Positions 1-20,529 are shown, counted from the stretch's first letter. The stretch: DNA of 64,000 bases from Dicyema japonicum (GCA_011109175.1 RDEW01000017.1:1092671-1156670), one strand, 5' to 3'. Numbers and translations are program-made. Notes: a model not told the origin generated them from the letters alone.

Positions 1-6794
<6,794 letters not shown>

Positions 6795-7084
6795 CTTAAC
6801 TAACGTTTCTCCCGGTTATTAAATTCTATATTATTTAATTTTTGAGTTTTTACTGTGTAGAAATGCCCATATTGACGAGTAACTTAAAATTAGGGTCCAT
6901 TTGTGAAATAGAACTAGGGAAGCCACACTGATTGGACTAATTATAAAGGAAACTCAACAGATCATATCGGGAATCCTCCCCAAGAAATGAGAAGATACCT
7001 TCCCCTAAATGTCGATTAACGTATGATTCCAAGACAAACCATAGAAAAAAGCTAGGATCAATCAGACAATAACTATCTAATAAA

Positions 7085-7945
7085 TATTTATTTATTATTT
7101 ATTTAATAAGGTCCCGTTTGTGCCAGGATCGAGAGGTTTTTCCTATGTTCCTCCAGAGTACCCACGGCTTTCATGAATAGACGACGATCATCTTTCATTA
7201 GAGTTTGAAGAGGGGTGGGTTTTCCCTCAAATTTCTTGTATTTGAGGCCTTTAGCCTTGAATGGAAGAAACGACTTGTTTCTTGGCCACACAGACAGATG
7301 AAGCCGGAGCCATTATTTTTGATTGCGGCGTGGTCAAGCATTGGAGGGAAAAGATCGGGGTAGATTCGTTTGACGTGCTAGTTTTCCAATTAGGGTATTG
7401 ATCTTGAGTGAATTTGATATCGAAGCTCCATAGGCCCATGAGGCATAAGCGTACTCAATCGTCGGTTTTAGGAGTTGATTGAACACGACGAGGGCGCATT
7501 CCTGTGAAGGTTTGGACTTCAAGAGCGGTTTGATTATTTAGTTTCCTGAGACCTTTTGTCATAACGCTTTCACATGTTGAGAAAATGTCATCAAAGGGTC
7601 GAAAGTCACTCCCAGATAGTTGGAATCTGTGGTAAGAGTCTCCAAAAATGTTCAAATCCAGTGTATGTTTTTCTTTTCTGTGTGTGGTAAAGATTGTATA
7701 CTTGATTTATCCCTGGATATGGAGAGACGACTCTAATTCGACCAGGCTCCCAGGTCGTCAATATGTGACTGAAGCTCTGATTTTGCTTACACGTATTTGT
7801 TCCTGCTAGCGATGATTAGGTCGTCAGCATAAGTGAAAAGCATTGAATCTGGTCCTCCAGGGCAGGGTAAATCGTTGAGGAACAAGTTGAATAATGCCGG
7901 AGAGAGGGGCGATCCTTGAGGGACGTCATTTGGTAGGAGACGGGA
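7085..7945 (-). mobile_element. 5'-truncated, decayed non-LTR retrotransposon (Jockey/I-like RT)
   Basis: The minus strand encodes VPQGSPLSPALFNLFLNDL, TYADDL and LKPTIEYAYASW. An AT-rich tail lies at ~7085-7105. Same family as 10108-11117. Confidence 0.85.
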
Positions 7946-8479
7946 TAAATAAATTATATAAAACACGTGTTATTCAGTAAACCTCAGTACTCTGTATAGT
8001 ACATCCAATAATAATAATCTGATTATATCCACGTGTGTTTCCAAGCCAACAACATCCATGTAGTATGATCAATGAATGGCTCTCAAATTGGGTAATCAAT
8101 ATATCATGTAATTAAGAATCCAGCTGAAATTGGTGGACGCTCCCACAAGTCCCTTAGTGTCATTGATGTTCCTGGTTAGGAAAGTCAGGAATTTGTTTAT
8201 CAATATGTGTTTTTTGTTTTTTACTGTAATTGATAACATCACAAAACTAATCAGTAGGAAGATGTTTGTCGATAAAGTCAAAAATTCATTTGTTCTTTAA
8301 AATTATTTAAATTTTATAAAAATGTAATTTTTAATTAAAAATATTGTATAAATCAAAAGTTATAAAGTCAAAAAAGTCAAAATTTTATTTTTTTAGGTCA
8401 ATAAAATCAAAATTTTTATTTTTTATTTATTAATATTTTCAAAGTTTTGAATAAAATACTAATGTTTCGTCAACTGCTA

Positions 8480-10107
8480 TACCTCGTTCAATCAGGGAGG
8501 TAGTTGAAAATGTTAAGACTGTTATTAGAAAATATCATGCTTAATTTTCTATAAAACACGAATTTTCTAAAATCTTTCATCAATGAAACATTTCAAACTA
8601 ACAGGTCTTGATTTTTATTACTATTTCACAGGTGCTAATGTAAAAATATCTGAGTTTCTTATTCCATCTACTCTAGGCTCAATGAGGTCACTAATAGTTA
8701 CTCGGATATGATTTTCTTTGCATAAGTTGAACATTAAAGTTAAAACTTTGTTTGAGGGTATTGGATATAGTTTTAATTCTTTCTATGCATAGTGTAGAAT
8801 ATTTAGGGGTATCTATTTGTTATGTTATGTTGCCCAATTAAGTCGTGTCCGACCCTTGGAGATCTCATGAACGAGTTTCCTCCACTCTCTCCGATCCGTT
8901 GCAATTTGGAGTAGCTTTGATATAGACATTCCCGTGACGTCTTCCACCGTAGATAGCCACCGAGTCCTTGGTCGGCCAGGTCTTTTCTTCCCAGTATTAT
9001 TTCTTAGCATAATGGTTCTTTCCAGTGAATCAGAGCGGACAACATGCCTTAAGAACGCCAATCTGTGAGTTACGATTCTTCCTTCTAGTGAAATATCCGT
9101 CTCTACCCGTTTGAATACATCGATATTTGTTATTTTGGAAGTCCAAGGAATTCTTAGTAACCTCCTCCAGCACCACAGTTCAAAAGCATCAATTTTTCGT
9201 CTATCCGCCTTTTTCAGTATCCATGATTCTGCGCCGTATAGAAAAACCGGGAACACGATTGCATTAACCAGTCTGCATTTGGTCCTTAAGCAAATATCTT
9301 TGCTTTTCAAATTCTATTCATTCTCTGGAAGGTGTCTCGTCCCATGGCAATTCGCCTCTTGATTTCCAAGCCTCCGTCACCACTCCGATTAATTAGACAT
9401 CCCAGAGAGACAACATTATCGCAACTCTCTATTTTCTCATTCCCAATTTTTAGTTCCATTATTCCATTATTAGCAGTAGTCATAATTTTGGTCTTCTTGA
9501 TGTTTAGCAATAAACCAAAGACGGCTCTCTCTTCTCTGAATCTTAGAATCAACTCCCTGAAGCCATCCTCTGTTTAAGGTTGTATTGTCAGCATAGCGCA
9601 AATTATTGATGTTCCTGCCTCCAATTTTCTCCAATTTTAATAGGGGTATCTACCAAAAATAATTCTGGTCAGAATGGGGAGTTGTCTTGAAGTTGTTGAA
9701 CATTATTGTAAATTTTTATGAAGTAAAAAATATTCAAGCATTTTCAAGCACAAACCTTTTTAATCGGTTCAGACACCTGGAGCAGCTGCTTCAACTGCGG
9801 AAATCCTAAAAATCAAGAAATATTCTTGCCTCTGGGTCCGGTACCGATTTACTTCTGTTGCGGTAGAGTCATCAGGAGCCGTTGGTTCAATGACGGCTGA
9901 ATGCTTGCCAAAAAAAGGAAAAACATACTTCACAGTAGAAGACACAGTTAGAATATTCAAAAATTGTATTTTAGTAACGTTTTGTGAGTAATAAAAAAGT
10001 ATCTAGAATCTATATTTTCTGTTAATAAGTGTTTTTCTATTAAAAAATAAAAAAAACATACTTCTCAATGCATATACGACTATTTGAAAAAATCTCCTTC
10101 CACATCA
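8480..10107 (-). pseudogene. Possible lineage-specific spliced gene disrupted by an RTE insertion
   Basis: Short GT-AG introns and open exon-like segments are present. Removing the RTE and one TSD copy restores the frame FLVDTPKYSTLCIERIK. No recognisable homology. Confidence 0.35.
8816..9640 (-). mobile_element. 5'-truncated RTE-clade (BovB-like) LINE with 12-bp TSD
   Basis: Motifs INNLRYADNT, GLLLNIKKTKIM, IDAFELWCWRRLLRIPWT and RPGRPRTRW; (AACAT)n tail; perfect TSD TAGGGGTATCTA at 8804-8815 and 9641-9652. Confidence 0.93.
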
Positions 10108-11117
10108 TTATTATTATTATTTAAGCCAAAGAAACACCGTCTTAACCAATAACTAATATTCAGGTGATCCCGGCATCTCTCAATAATCGGGCCATTTTTT
10201 CTCGATGCTCCGACTGTGATCCCACGCATTTTCTATACGGACGGGGGTCTTTTTCCTTTCCTCTTCTGAAATTGCCTCCAGTTGCCTCTATGATAGACTC
10301 GAGTGCTCTGGGGGCAATTTCTTTATCTGTATATTTTTCTAGTAACTTTTTTGCTCTTGACTGGATATCTTGAATTTTTGTTAGGTTCGTTGCCGACAGG
10401 TTAGATCCCCATGCAGCACATGCATAGCCTATTGTTGGCTCGACATACTGCTTGTAGAGGGTCCCGATACCTGGCGGATAAATTCCTCCACAGTTCCAAA
10501 GGAAGGCCTTTACAAAATTGATCTTCTTTGCACAGGTTGATATGATAGATTCCACATGGGCTGAGAAGCAGAGGAAAGTATCAAAAGTTACTCCCAGTAT
10601 CTTCTGCGATTTCTTTTGTGGTATAGGTACTCCATTTAACGTGACATCAATTGTTTGCGTTCCCATCTTTCTATTCTTAGTAAATAGAGTGACTGCTGAC
10701 TTTTCGGAACATGCATTTAATCGATTCTCGCACAACCATCCAAATATGTTATTTAGTATTCCTTGTAGTCTTTCCTTAGCATGTTCGACGTTTACGTCTC
10801 TAGATGCGACAACTATGTCATCGGCATAGGAAAGTAGTATGTCATTATTATTCATAGGTACGGGGAGATCACTCAAAAACAAATTAAAAAGGATTGGTGA
10901 CAGAGGAGATCCTTGGGGTACACCATTGGGTAATAATCCCGATCTGGAACTCTTGTTTCCGACAGACACTTTCCCTCGGCGTCCACTTACGAAATTTGCT
11001 AACCATAACTTTAATGGTGCATCAATTTTTGTCAAAAATATTTTTCGTATGAGGATCTTCCTTGGGACAGAGTCGAAAGCTTTTTGAATATCGATCGTAC
11101 ATATGACCGATTTCAAT
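10108..11117 (-). mobile_element. 5'-truncated non-LTR retrotransposon with an open 318-aa RT ORF (Jockey/I-like)
   Basis: DIQKAFDSV, GVPQGSPLSPILF, YADD and ILGVTFD motifs; (TAA)n tail at 10108-10120. Confidence 0.92.
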
Positions 11118-11959
11118 CAAGATTTTTATTATTGTAAAATAATTATCTAAATTTCGAAATTTTTAACCTAAAAACGTTTAGAAATACATTATTCTATATT
11201 TTAATAAAGTTTTCGATTAGTTTTTTCATATTTAAAAAATTTTTTTCTAGATCAATTTGTCAAAAAGTCAAAAATGTTCAAAATTTCGAATTTATATAGT
11301 CAAAATAAAAATCGCCCTACTAATCAGGTTAAAAAAGCCAAAACTTGTCCATTTTCCAGAAGCGGTGATACCCAGACAGGATTCCTGATAATTATTTTAA
11401 TATTAAAATTTATTCCAGCATTATCTTTAGGCTGAAAAAATAAAGTATTCCAAACTAATTTTATATAGGCTTTCAATATGGTTCATTGCTCTTCCCTACA
11501 TGAGCTCGTTGTGGTCAAGTGGTTTTCTGATCAAGTAGGGTAAGGGCCTTCCGTTATTCCTCAGGTTAGGATCTCCTAAGGCAATACACAATTGCAAAAT
11601 ATTTAAATATAAAATTATATTAGAGCCGCGTGGACACAAATTTCTCACACATCATTATGAAGTGGTTTTTGATTGAAGTCAAGATTTTACAAGTTTCAAG
11701 AAAGTGACGGATTCATTAAAACAATTTTGATTACAAACTCATGAGAAAGTCGATCAGAAAGATTCTAAGTGCGTATTCGTCAATAACAAGTCAACCATAT
11801 TTTCGAAAAAGTTTATTTTTAAAATTGACTTTTAAATATTTTTGACAAAGCCATTAACTTGGAAAACTCTGTTACGTGGCAAAATCCCATCCACAACGAC
11901 AAATATAACAATTGTAATCATTTTTCAAGATTATCATTTTCACTCTTAGTTTTGTCTTG

Positions 11960-12235
11960 GGGAAGCGACATTGGCTTGCTTTATTTTTGTAAAACATGGC
12001 TGTCGCCTTTTCAACTTAGCCTTCAATTCTTTGATTCTTCAAACACGTATTAGGAATTCGTATTTATCGCAAGATCGATGGTTAGTTTCATAGTGTCTTT
12101 TTAATTTGTACTCTTTTGGAGTGGTAATGTTGTTATTACAAACGAAACAATGTATTTTTGAATTAAAAAATTATAAAAAATACTTTAGTTTCAACTTTCT
12201 TCAAGTTTCTCTATTTCTTAGCTAAAGATGTCATT
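11960..12235 (-). mobile_element. hAT (SPIN/GTF2IRD2-like) transposase N-terminal remnant
   Basis: Minus-strand peptide CFVCNNNITTPKEYKLKRHYETNH...IKELKAKLK is a BED-like zinc finger, with stops and frameshifts. Confidence 0.7.
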
Positions 12236-12329
12236 CTAAATAGGGTCAGTTTGTGTAGTGCTTTATAAAGACAACATAATAACCGGCACAAAATACAATT
12301 TATTATTGTTTTTAAATTTTTTTAAAATT

Positions 12330-12570
12330 GCAAGTATCGGGAAACAGTTTCAGTATCACGTTATGGACGCAAGCGCCCAGTGCTCTTCCAAACACGTAGA
12401 AGCACCCACCTGTAGGACAGCATCGTTGTTCTGGAAACGTTTTGCCGCATCAAAAAATTTTTCAACTTCGTTCATCATTCTTAGCATTGTGATATCAATT
12501 TAAAATCATCCATAAACAACAAGTGGTTAGTAGCACAGGTAGGAGTATTTCTCTCAGCATCCATGGTTAC
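12330..12570 (-). mobile_element. Small decayed non-LTR RT fragment
   Basis: NHLLFMDDFKLI catalytic motif on the minus strand. Confidence 0.6.
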
Positions 12571-12965
12571 TTTAGGGTATTTACTATTTAATAGTCGACT
12601 CAACGGATCAATAATACAAATAACTGTGGAGATAAGGAATCTCCTTGTAACATTCCTCTTCTTAGATTCACCACACCAAGCAATTTTCCATTAAATTTAA
12701 GTCAGAGCTACCTAACCTTAGGATTTAATTATTTTGTATATAATAAGTAGAATGCTCACAAAAGCGGTCTTTCAATTTGACGCCAGTGACAGAAATCCAC
12801 AGCTTTTCTCTGGTGGTCTCATTTTAATGAAGCGGTCTGCCCTTAATGTCGTCCACTGTAAAACAATCCTTTGTGCACACGTTTGACATGGCTGATCTAA
12901 TCCATCCAAATTATAAATACAAGGATCAGCTGTTGCATTCGTCCTGAGGCGCTGAAACATTGAAT

Positions 12966-14501
12966 CTACTTTTCTGTCAGCGATCGATAGCTCTTAGTGT
13001 CCTGAAATTAATTAACAGGAAGAACCAACAATATCAATAAAAACCGGGAGATAACAAATTCAGGACGAAGTAATACAAATCCAAACAATTTAAAGTTACA
13101 AAGTTAAACACGTCTACTAAGTCTTTCAAACTCAATTTCTTCCTTCCTCTGTTCTTTACTAAGCATCGCAGACACTATTTTCTCCCTCAAATACGTCTCC
13201 TCCTGAGATATTTTACTCATCTTGTCCCTCTTCTGCTCCAACTTCAACGATTCCTGCTCTAGTTTTTTCACCTCCTCCCTCCGTTTCTCCAACCGATCCT
13301 CCTCCAACTTCCTCTCCTCATTAACACCGACCTACAACATCACAATAAGGAATCACCTCAATCAGTCCGAAAATATGCGATAACAAACGAACAGCCTCAA
13401 CTTTCCGTTTAGAAATCAATATTTTGCGTTCATCCATCATTATTTTCCGTTTGAGGGACATCTCTGTCTCATATGAGGTTATCTTCTCGCAGGGAGGTTT
13501 CACAATCTTTCTATTCTCTGACTCCCCTGTGCCGAGCTGAGATGAGAGTCCTTTCGACGAGCTTTCCGTCTCTCCCGTCGGCGTTTGTGAATATTTTCAT
13601 CAGTCATATGCTTGAAGCGATCAAAATCGACCTAAATAACTTCAGAATTAACCATAAAAACGCAAGTCAACATCTCTTTGCCCTCAGACCGCTTATAAAG
13701 GAGTTTTTTGCCTCTTAGTGAGTCCATAGCCCGCACAAACGACTGGTATTCGACATACTGTACATATAAATCAAAATAAAGCTTAGTATTATAACTAAAG
13801 GTTTTAAAATTTGACCCTGGTGAGCTATACTTATCATTTCCTTCATTAATGGGCTCATCCGGGACTTCCAGGGTCCTCACTTGACCAAATCTCTCGAAAA
13901 CCTTTTCTTAACAATAAAAATACAATTTTTAGCACATCCTCGTCCGGTTTCTCAGACTCTGTCGATTTACAGAACCATCGAGTAGGCAATTGTTGGAGAA
14001 TCACGGTATCCGGCCGTTCTCCGGGCCTCATTTGATCCATCTTTTCGGCATCTCTGAAAAACGCCTCCCAGTCGTGACGGACGGGAAATCCCAGTTTCGC
14101 TTCTGCCGCTTTTACCTGGTCAAATTAAAGACTCACAGTACAGTAAGTCCTTCTGGGATTCCGCTGAGTTTGACGGCCCGGCCTTCTAGTCGTTGGAGGA
14201 CCGACTTTACTTGGTCGCTTGAGTCAATGTCGGCTTCGAATCGCAGAAACTGAGTCGTAGTTTTGATTGTGTGCAAATTGTTGAGAAAAAAGGGCCGGGA
14301 AATGTACTGAAAGTAAACATTTAATGGGACCTTCAGTTTCTCCATTACCTCCCAGTTTGTGATGGTTTTCCCTACACTTTTCATGTCTGGGAGTTTTACG
14401 GTTATGGTTATTCTATTTATTGGCTTCAGGTACAGTCCATATTTGGATGATAATTCACTAAGGTCTGAATCGTCATCACAAACTTCAAAATGAGAGTCCA
14501 T
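12966..14501 (-). CDS. AKAP17A: A-kinase anchor protein 17A (XE7/SFRS17A) homolog
   Basis: GLYLKPINRITITVKLP, TNWEVMEKLK, RPGERPDTV and YVQYVEYQSFVRAM motifs; five 21-26 nt introns. The 3' end is uncertain: stop at 13104, or at 12966 via a ~108-nt intron. Confidence 0.9.
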
Positions 14502-14828
14502 TTAACTACTTTTAGGATTCTATTTACTTTAAAATCCCACAAGAACTAAATGTGTAAAAATTGATTTTAATTATTTTTAAATTAATTATTATTATTTATT
14601 ATTATAATATTTAGAGCTACATTTTTACAAAATTATGTACTCGCCCTCACAGTGAGTTATTTATTTTTATGATTTATGTGTACTTTACGTCGAATAAAAA
14701 TATATTATTCATATAGGAGGCAACGAGGACTGAGAGTGATTTTTAATGAAAAGTTATTTTGAAGAACAATATTATTTTTTATAATTTATTAAATTAAAAA
14801 AACATATTGATAAACAAATTGTTATTGT

Positions 14829-15080
14829 CAGAGTTCGAATCTTGAAGCTGTACATTTTGTATGAAGGTGTTTTGGATTGATTAGTGACATCGTCATCAAT
14901 GAATACTGCGGAATCAGATCGTCTACTAGGACTCAAGCAATAAAAAGAAAAAAAGAACTGAAGAACACTCCTCAGTACTCCCTTTCTACGATTAGTTAGC
15001 ATAACTGTTTTTACTCTAATGGAGTGTGCTTCAGCATGTGAAGAGTTATAGGTATTATGGCTCGCGCGAAAAATGCGGAT
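14829..15080 (+). mobile_element. Diverged copy of SINE family 1
   Basis: Colinear similarity to 48858-49163: GTTCGAATC B-box, AGTGAC..CGTCATCA, TTCTACGATTA, TAACTGTTTTT and TATTATGGCTC.CG.GAAAA. Confidence 0.75.
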
Positions 15081-15419
15081 TTTTAACAGTGCAGTTCGTT
15101 TCGCTAACTAACAGCTATACTTTACTCATTATTAATGTCCACATATAGTTTGCTCAGCGTTTAGAGACAGAATGAGCTGTCAATGGAAAAAATTGAACCA
15201 GTAAATGAGCCAAAACACGTCACATCTCGTTTGAGAGATATTCCGTGCGAGAATGGAAAAATGGTCAAAAACTAGAGAAAAAAATCTGTTTATAAATTAA
15301 GACCTACCTAACCTTAGGGTTTAATTATCGCCATACCTAAACTAAGTCTTACAGAGAAATGAAGTATCTTGAATTTGAACGGCGTCTCTTTTGAAATTAA
15401 TGATATTTAAGGATGATTA

Positions 15420-16750
15420 TGTTCTCCACCTTTCCTTGCCCTGTTAAAATGGTTTCTTTTATAAAATGAGGCGTTAGTGTTTTTAGAACTAATCGTGTAT
15501 CACTACGTAATTTTGGTGGTCGTTAGTGTATCTAAGCGTCCAAGTTCCTTTAGGAAGCGAAGCGATTTTCCACTTATTCTTCCAGTTGTCTCGACCACAA
15601 TCGGATAAAACGCGAATCGGTCGCGTAGCGTTTCGTATTTCTTCTTCTTTGCCCTCGTCGTTTTTTCCGCGGCATACAGTGTATCTCCCGCGCTCCCGAC
15701 AATGTTGGACGGACAAAGCGTGTCGACACAAGTAGTGTCCCAAACCAAAGGTTTCCCCTCTTCAAATGCGAAAATTGTGATCCCGTCGGGACGTTTTACT
15801 GTCTCTTCTGTCCAGGCCAACAGGTTCTAGTATGACTGGGTATTCGCAGACTCTAGGGTTCGCTTGAAAATTCCGTTGATCTCCTTGTGTCTTGGGAATT
15901 GTCCTGCATTTCTTCGACAAGAGAGGGCATGGTGTCCATAACAATCGACGGTGGCGCCACACCAGCATTTGTGAGTCCGGCAAATCTCCAGTCCAAGTCT
16001 GGTGAAGATGCCGATGAGGACAGTATCGTCGTCAAGGTGGGTCCCGAATAATTATTCCAACTGTGATCGTAGTAATTGAACTAATTAACGGTTTTCCTTC
16101 ATTCAAACGTGGAGTGATAGAGCGAATCGTTGGTAAAAAGAAAAATATTAAAAAGACTATACCAAAGAAGGCTACAGCTACTGTGGAGCAGAGAATGATG
16201 CAAGTAGTGTGTCGGGTGGTCGTAACCGCTGGGGTTTGTATGGTATGCTACGAAGGATACTCTGTTGGAAAAACCACGACACTAGCCAAGTAAATAATTT
16301 CAGAAGACGAACTACGAAAACCGGTCATTTGAATATCATCGGGGAGGAGTCGACCAGAAAGAAAATTAGGATCTCGAACAAGCACGTGGTAAAAATCTAA
16401 AAATTCCGACAAAAAGATATCAGACATTCGAATATCACTTCAGACAACCTGAATGAAATTAATGTCCAAGAGGTGACCTTCCATGTGAATATGATAGACT
16501 TAACTCGTCACCCAAAACTGGGATATCTGAACGATCACATAAAGAAATCATTTACGCGATCGCACATCTAAATGGTGGTGGCCGACATCAACTTAAATGA
16601 ATCAAAAATCAAATGTGGAGAGACTCTAAACTTGATGGATATCACTTTAAGACTTAGAATGGATAAAAGGCTGCTCACTAGAACTGGAAATCAAAATATC
16701 TTTGATTCTATCCAATGTGAAATTTTGTCAATTAGTGTTGTGTCCCTACT
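15420..16750 (-). mobile_element. Decayed CRE-like non-LTR retrotransposon (RT plus restriction-like endonuclease)
   Basis: CCHC knuckle (CWCGATVDCYGHHALSC) followed by KRPDGIT...LVWDTTCVDTL...PIVVETTG, typical of C-terminal RLE domains. Confidence 0.85.
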
Positions 16751-16893
16751 TCAGTCAAGACGAGGGTCTTTATTCGAACTCCTTTAATACATGTTCTGAG
16801 GAAATTGAAAAGTAATTTTCTACATGAAAGGTTGCGGAATCCAACTAAACAAGGCCATTTTTAAAACCAAGCTTCATTATCCATAAAAATTCA

Positions 16894-17737
16894 TTACAGA
16901 TTTTTAAATAATGAAATTATATACTCAATTCCTCCACCGGCAACCTCCTTTATGACTTGTATAATGAAGTAATTGGTTAGGTCTGACGGTAATTCCAATT
17001 CCAGCAACTTTATTACCAACTTCATCGTAATACTCAGACTCCTTACTTTTTGTCGGCAAAAGTTTTCCTTAAATTAGTACTTTTCGAAGGATTAGATTTC
17101 GTAATATAAAAATAACTCCAATTTGTGTGATGCCACTACAAGCTGTCTTAGTATTTTAGGATTGTTTTCCCTAAATCTCTTGTATAGCATTTACTTTCTC
17201 AATTTGAACTGAATTTCTTCCAAAGATTTTCTGACATTTACAACTTTCGTACTGCATTTTCTACATAAGAGCTTTGCTTTTCTTTGCTACCTTCATATTT
17301 ATTCGTCATCATTGGTTTAACCATTTTCCGCTTCGTAAAAATTTTTTATTTTTGAAATCTCCAAAAATAAGGTTCTGTTCACGAAGACCCCTTAGAAGGA
17401 ACAAATGACCAATAACAGAAAAGGAGTGCAGATAAACCGCGCCATAAGAATTCCAATTGATAGGATTTACCATAACACTTTCTTGTGACAGCATCAAACC
17501 ACAAAGAAGACTTTCCTGCTTACACTACACAATCTAAATTATTTCTGCTGAAATGTCAATGGGATTCTTTGAAGGGAGATCAATCAAACATTTGTTTATT
17601 TGCGAAACCCCGGGAAACTCGGAGAAAGAAGGAAATAGTAATCGAACTAGTCAGGTTATCCAGGTTGTCATTTTATTCTTTGCTCATCAACACTAGATAA
17701 CACGAAAAAAGGCAATAGTAACCGATAAATCAAACAT
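16894..17737 (-). CDS. Probable small spliced gene of unknown function, head-to-head with the gene at 17854
   Basis: Short GT-AG intron-like segments and an open terminal exon (ENFCRQKVRSLSITMKLVIKLLELELP...LFKNL*). The full model was not resolved. Confidence 0.35.
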
Positions 17738-17853
17738 GGACAACAATTCAACAAAAAATATTTTTAAATAGATAATGATTTATATTTATTTAATTTAAAT
17801 AGTTTTTAAATAGTTAGTATTTTGTGGATTGTTTAAAAGAAATTAAGATAATT

Positions 17854-19759
17854 ATGGGGTCGGGCCGTCAATCAAAGGACCACAGGAAATCAGTAACTAA
17901 TTTTGGTTAACATTCTCAGAACAAGTCAAAGGATGAACACAACCAATCCCGCCATAGAAGTGACAAATCAAAGTATATATTAAACTTATGTTTTGGCACT
18001 CTCACTCCTCACATCACAGAAGCAAGAATTCCCCCAGTCACCACAAGGAATCAAAGTCACGTGTTCCCTATTTATTCCTAGAAGGGTGAATAAAGACAGA
18101 CAAGACGAACTTTGCGAAGAAAAGAAAATTTCGCAGCGTAATACTTCACATAAAACGGAATCGCGAAAAATCACGGAAAAAGTCTCAAAAACGGAAAAAC
18201 CGAAAACGGCTTCCAAAATCCGCGATGGGTTTGATTCCTGGAACCCTGAACTTCCTCCAATACACAATCAACTGAGCAAATACCCAAAACCACCTCACTT
18301 AAAACCTCAAAAACTTGCCGAGGAGACGAAACCTGTCAAACTCACATCCAAGTCAAACTCTGAAAGGTCCAGGAATGAGGCTGAAGTCATATCCTCCTCC
18401 AAGACTCGTCACTTGGAGACAGAAAGGTCACATTCTTCAAAGAATAAGGACGAGGTCATCAAATCAGAGACTTCTAAAGTAAAATCAGACAATATGCCTA
18501 TAAAACCAACACTGGGGACTTTGTTATTATCGAAGGATAAAGAAGGTGACGTCCATACTATGAACTCTCAGAAAGTAAAAGATACGCCAAAATCCGCGAA
18601 TTCAAAATTAGTTGGAATCGAAAAACCCAAAAGTATGGGTTCTGATCAAAAGACAAGTCTGGAAACATACAAAACAGAAGATACCCAGAATAGTGACAGT
18701 GTCAAACGGGTCTCTAAGTTTTCTACGGTTCACTCAGATTGGGGATCTCAGATTCAAGGATTGTTAATGTTTGTGAAATTCCAGTTGTCAGTGACGTTCG
18801 AACTATTATGTATTTAAACGAGAAACGGTCAAAAATTAAGCACGTGGGCTCTACTTTTGACAGTGAGTCGTTTGTTGTGGTGGATACAAGCATTCCAGAG
18901 AGACTTGGGGGTCCTGAAGTTTCTGATTCAAGGATGGAAGTCGACTCTTTTTCAATTTCTCACTCCAAAATAGCATCTTCGAGTCAAAAACTGATGGATA
19001 TGTCACCAATTTGTTTGGAGGAAATCATTGAATCGGGGAAGGAGGTAAAATCATCAAAACGACGATATAAAAGATACAGCAGTGATGATGAGAGCCAGAA
19101 TTCCATAAAACGGAGTAAAGGGGACCGAATTCATAAGATGAATAAGCTGGAGAAACATAAAAAACAGTCTAAAAGACGTCGAAAGTCCGAGGAAAGCGAT
19201 TCTAGTTATTCTTCCTCTTCGAATTCATCCAGCTCGTCGAGGTACTACAATAGGAAACGTCGTCATCGGTGTGACCGTCGATCACCCGGAAAACGGGGGA
19301 CCAAAACCCTTGGAAGTTTCTTTGATCCAAATATTGCACGTGAGCTGCTTGTAGTTTTGATATATGAGTTTGTAGATTGCAAGTATAAACGAGGACTCTA
19401 TGAGGTACGATTTTTACTAATTTCAGTGAAAATCAGGAAAATTCAATTGAAATGAGGAAACCTCAAACCACAACCCAGCCCTCCACCATTCAAAGTTTAT
19501 GATTTCTAATACAAGTTAACAAACAAAAGATGATGATGAGTGACTATCACGACAAATGGGCGGAGACTGACAGACAGGCCTTACTGTTTGAGGTATTCAT
19601 TGATATGAGTTGTAGATGTCAACTAATGAGGATTCCCCTACCCGCGTGGAAGTGGTTTGTGTTTTGGGGGACTTTTAGAAGGATTGTGATTATATGAGTT
19701 TGCCTATCATTGAATGTCCGCATCTTCTTAAGGATTTTTCTGAATCAATCGACGATTAA
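17854..19759 (+). CDS. Unknown Ser/Lys/Arg/His-rich low-complexity protein, probably nuclear
   Basis: ATG at 17854, long ORFs 17993-19455 with one frameshift near 18740, about 8 mini-introns, TAA at 19757-19759. Confidence 0.7.
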
Positions 19760-20529
19760 TGAGTTGAGTATTATTTGTGGTGTTATTAGTGTTTGGGGGA
19801 TATGTGGAATCCCTAGATGTTGAGGGGTCTCAGAAAAAGTGGAGAAGGAAGGTGTTGGCTGATAATAGTTTTGTATTGAATTGATGGTTTCTAATAAATA
19901 GTAACTCTTGTTTTATAAATTTTGTATTTTTTATAGTAGATTAGATTTCCCAATTAATATTCCTTCTTGTCTCTAAGTTTCTCGCGAATCTATCCATTCT
20001 CATGAGTATAACGAGACAGGGTTTCATCAATCATAACAAATTAGACATTCCGTGCAATAGGGGTATCACCTCAACCTTCCGAGCAATTATTTTCTCAATT
20101 CAATTATCCCAATACATCTGTTCTTAAAACATAATCATGCTTCCAAGATTCCTTATTCTTTTCTCGCATGCATCTCTCGTTAGTGCCTATACTTATATTA
20201 TGAGAATAACTGGTTAAACTCAAGAAATTGCATCATAAATAAATTGTTTTATTAAAAGTATAGGAAATCAGTGTCTAGAAGAAACATAAAAAATAAGTTC
20301 TCAGAGATAAGTCAGATAAACCTGGTGTGGTGAAAGAATTAAAGACAGGCTAGGACAATTAAAGAGGTTACTAGTTTGTGGTCGTCGAGAAACGAATACT
20401 AAAATGATAAATAAGTAATTTATGAGGATTTACTTGTTATCTAATAAAATCACAAACAAACCAATATGGTTTTACGTAAAAGTGCAGTTTAGAATGGGTA
20501 AGAGAGATAATGTCTAGGCTATGGATGTT

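Noticed and set aside
8470-8510. Hairpin resembling a miRNA precursor
   Set aside because: The stem is short and interrupted, and no convincing match to a known miRNA was recognised.
12708-15328. 25-bp repeat CTACCTAACCTTAGGRTTTAATTAT at 12708 and 15304 as a TSD or element boundary around AKAP17A
   Set aside because: It encloses an ordinary host gene with no other mobile-element hallmarks. More likely these are two small remnants of a dispersed repeat.
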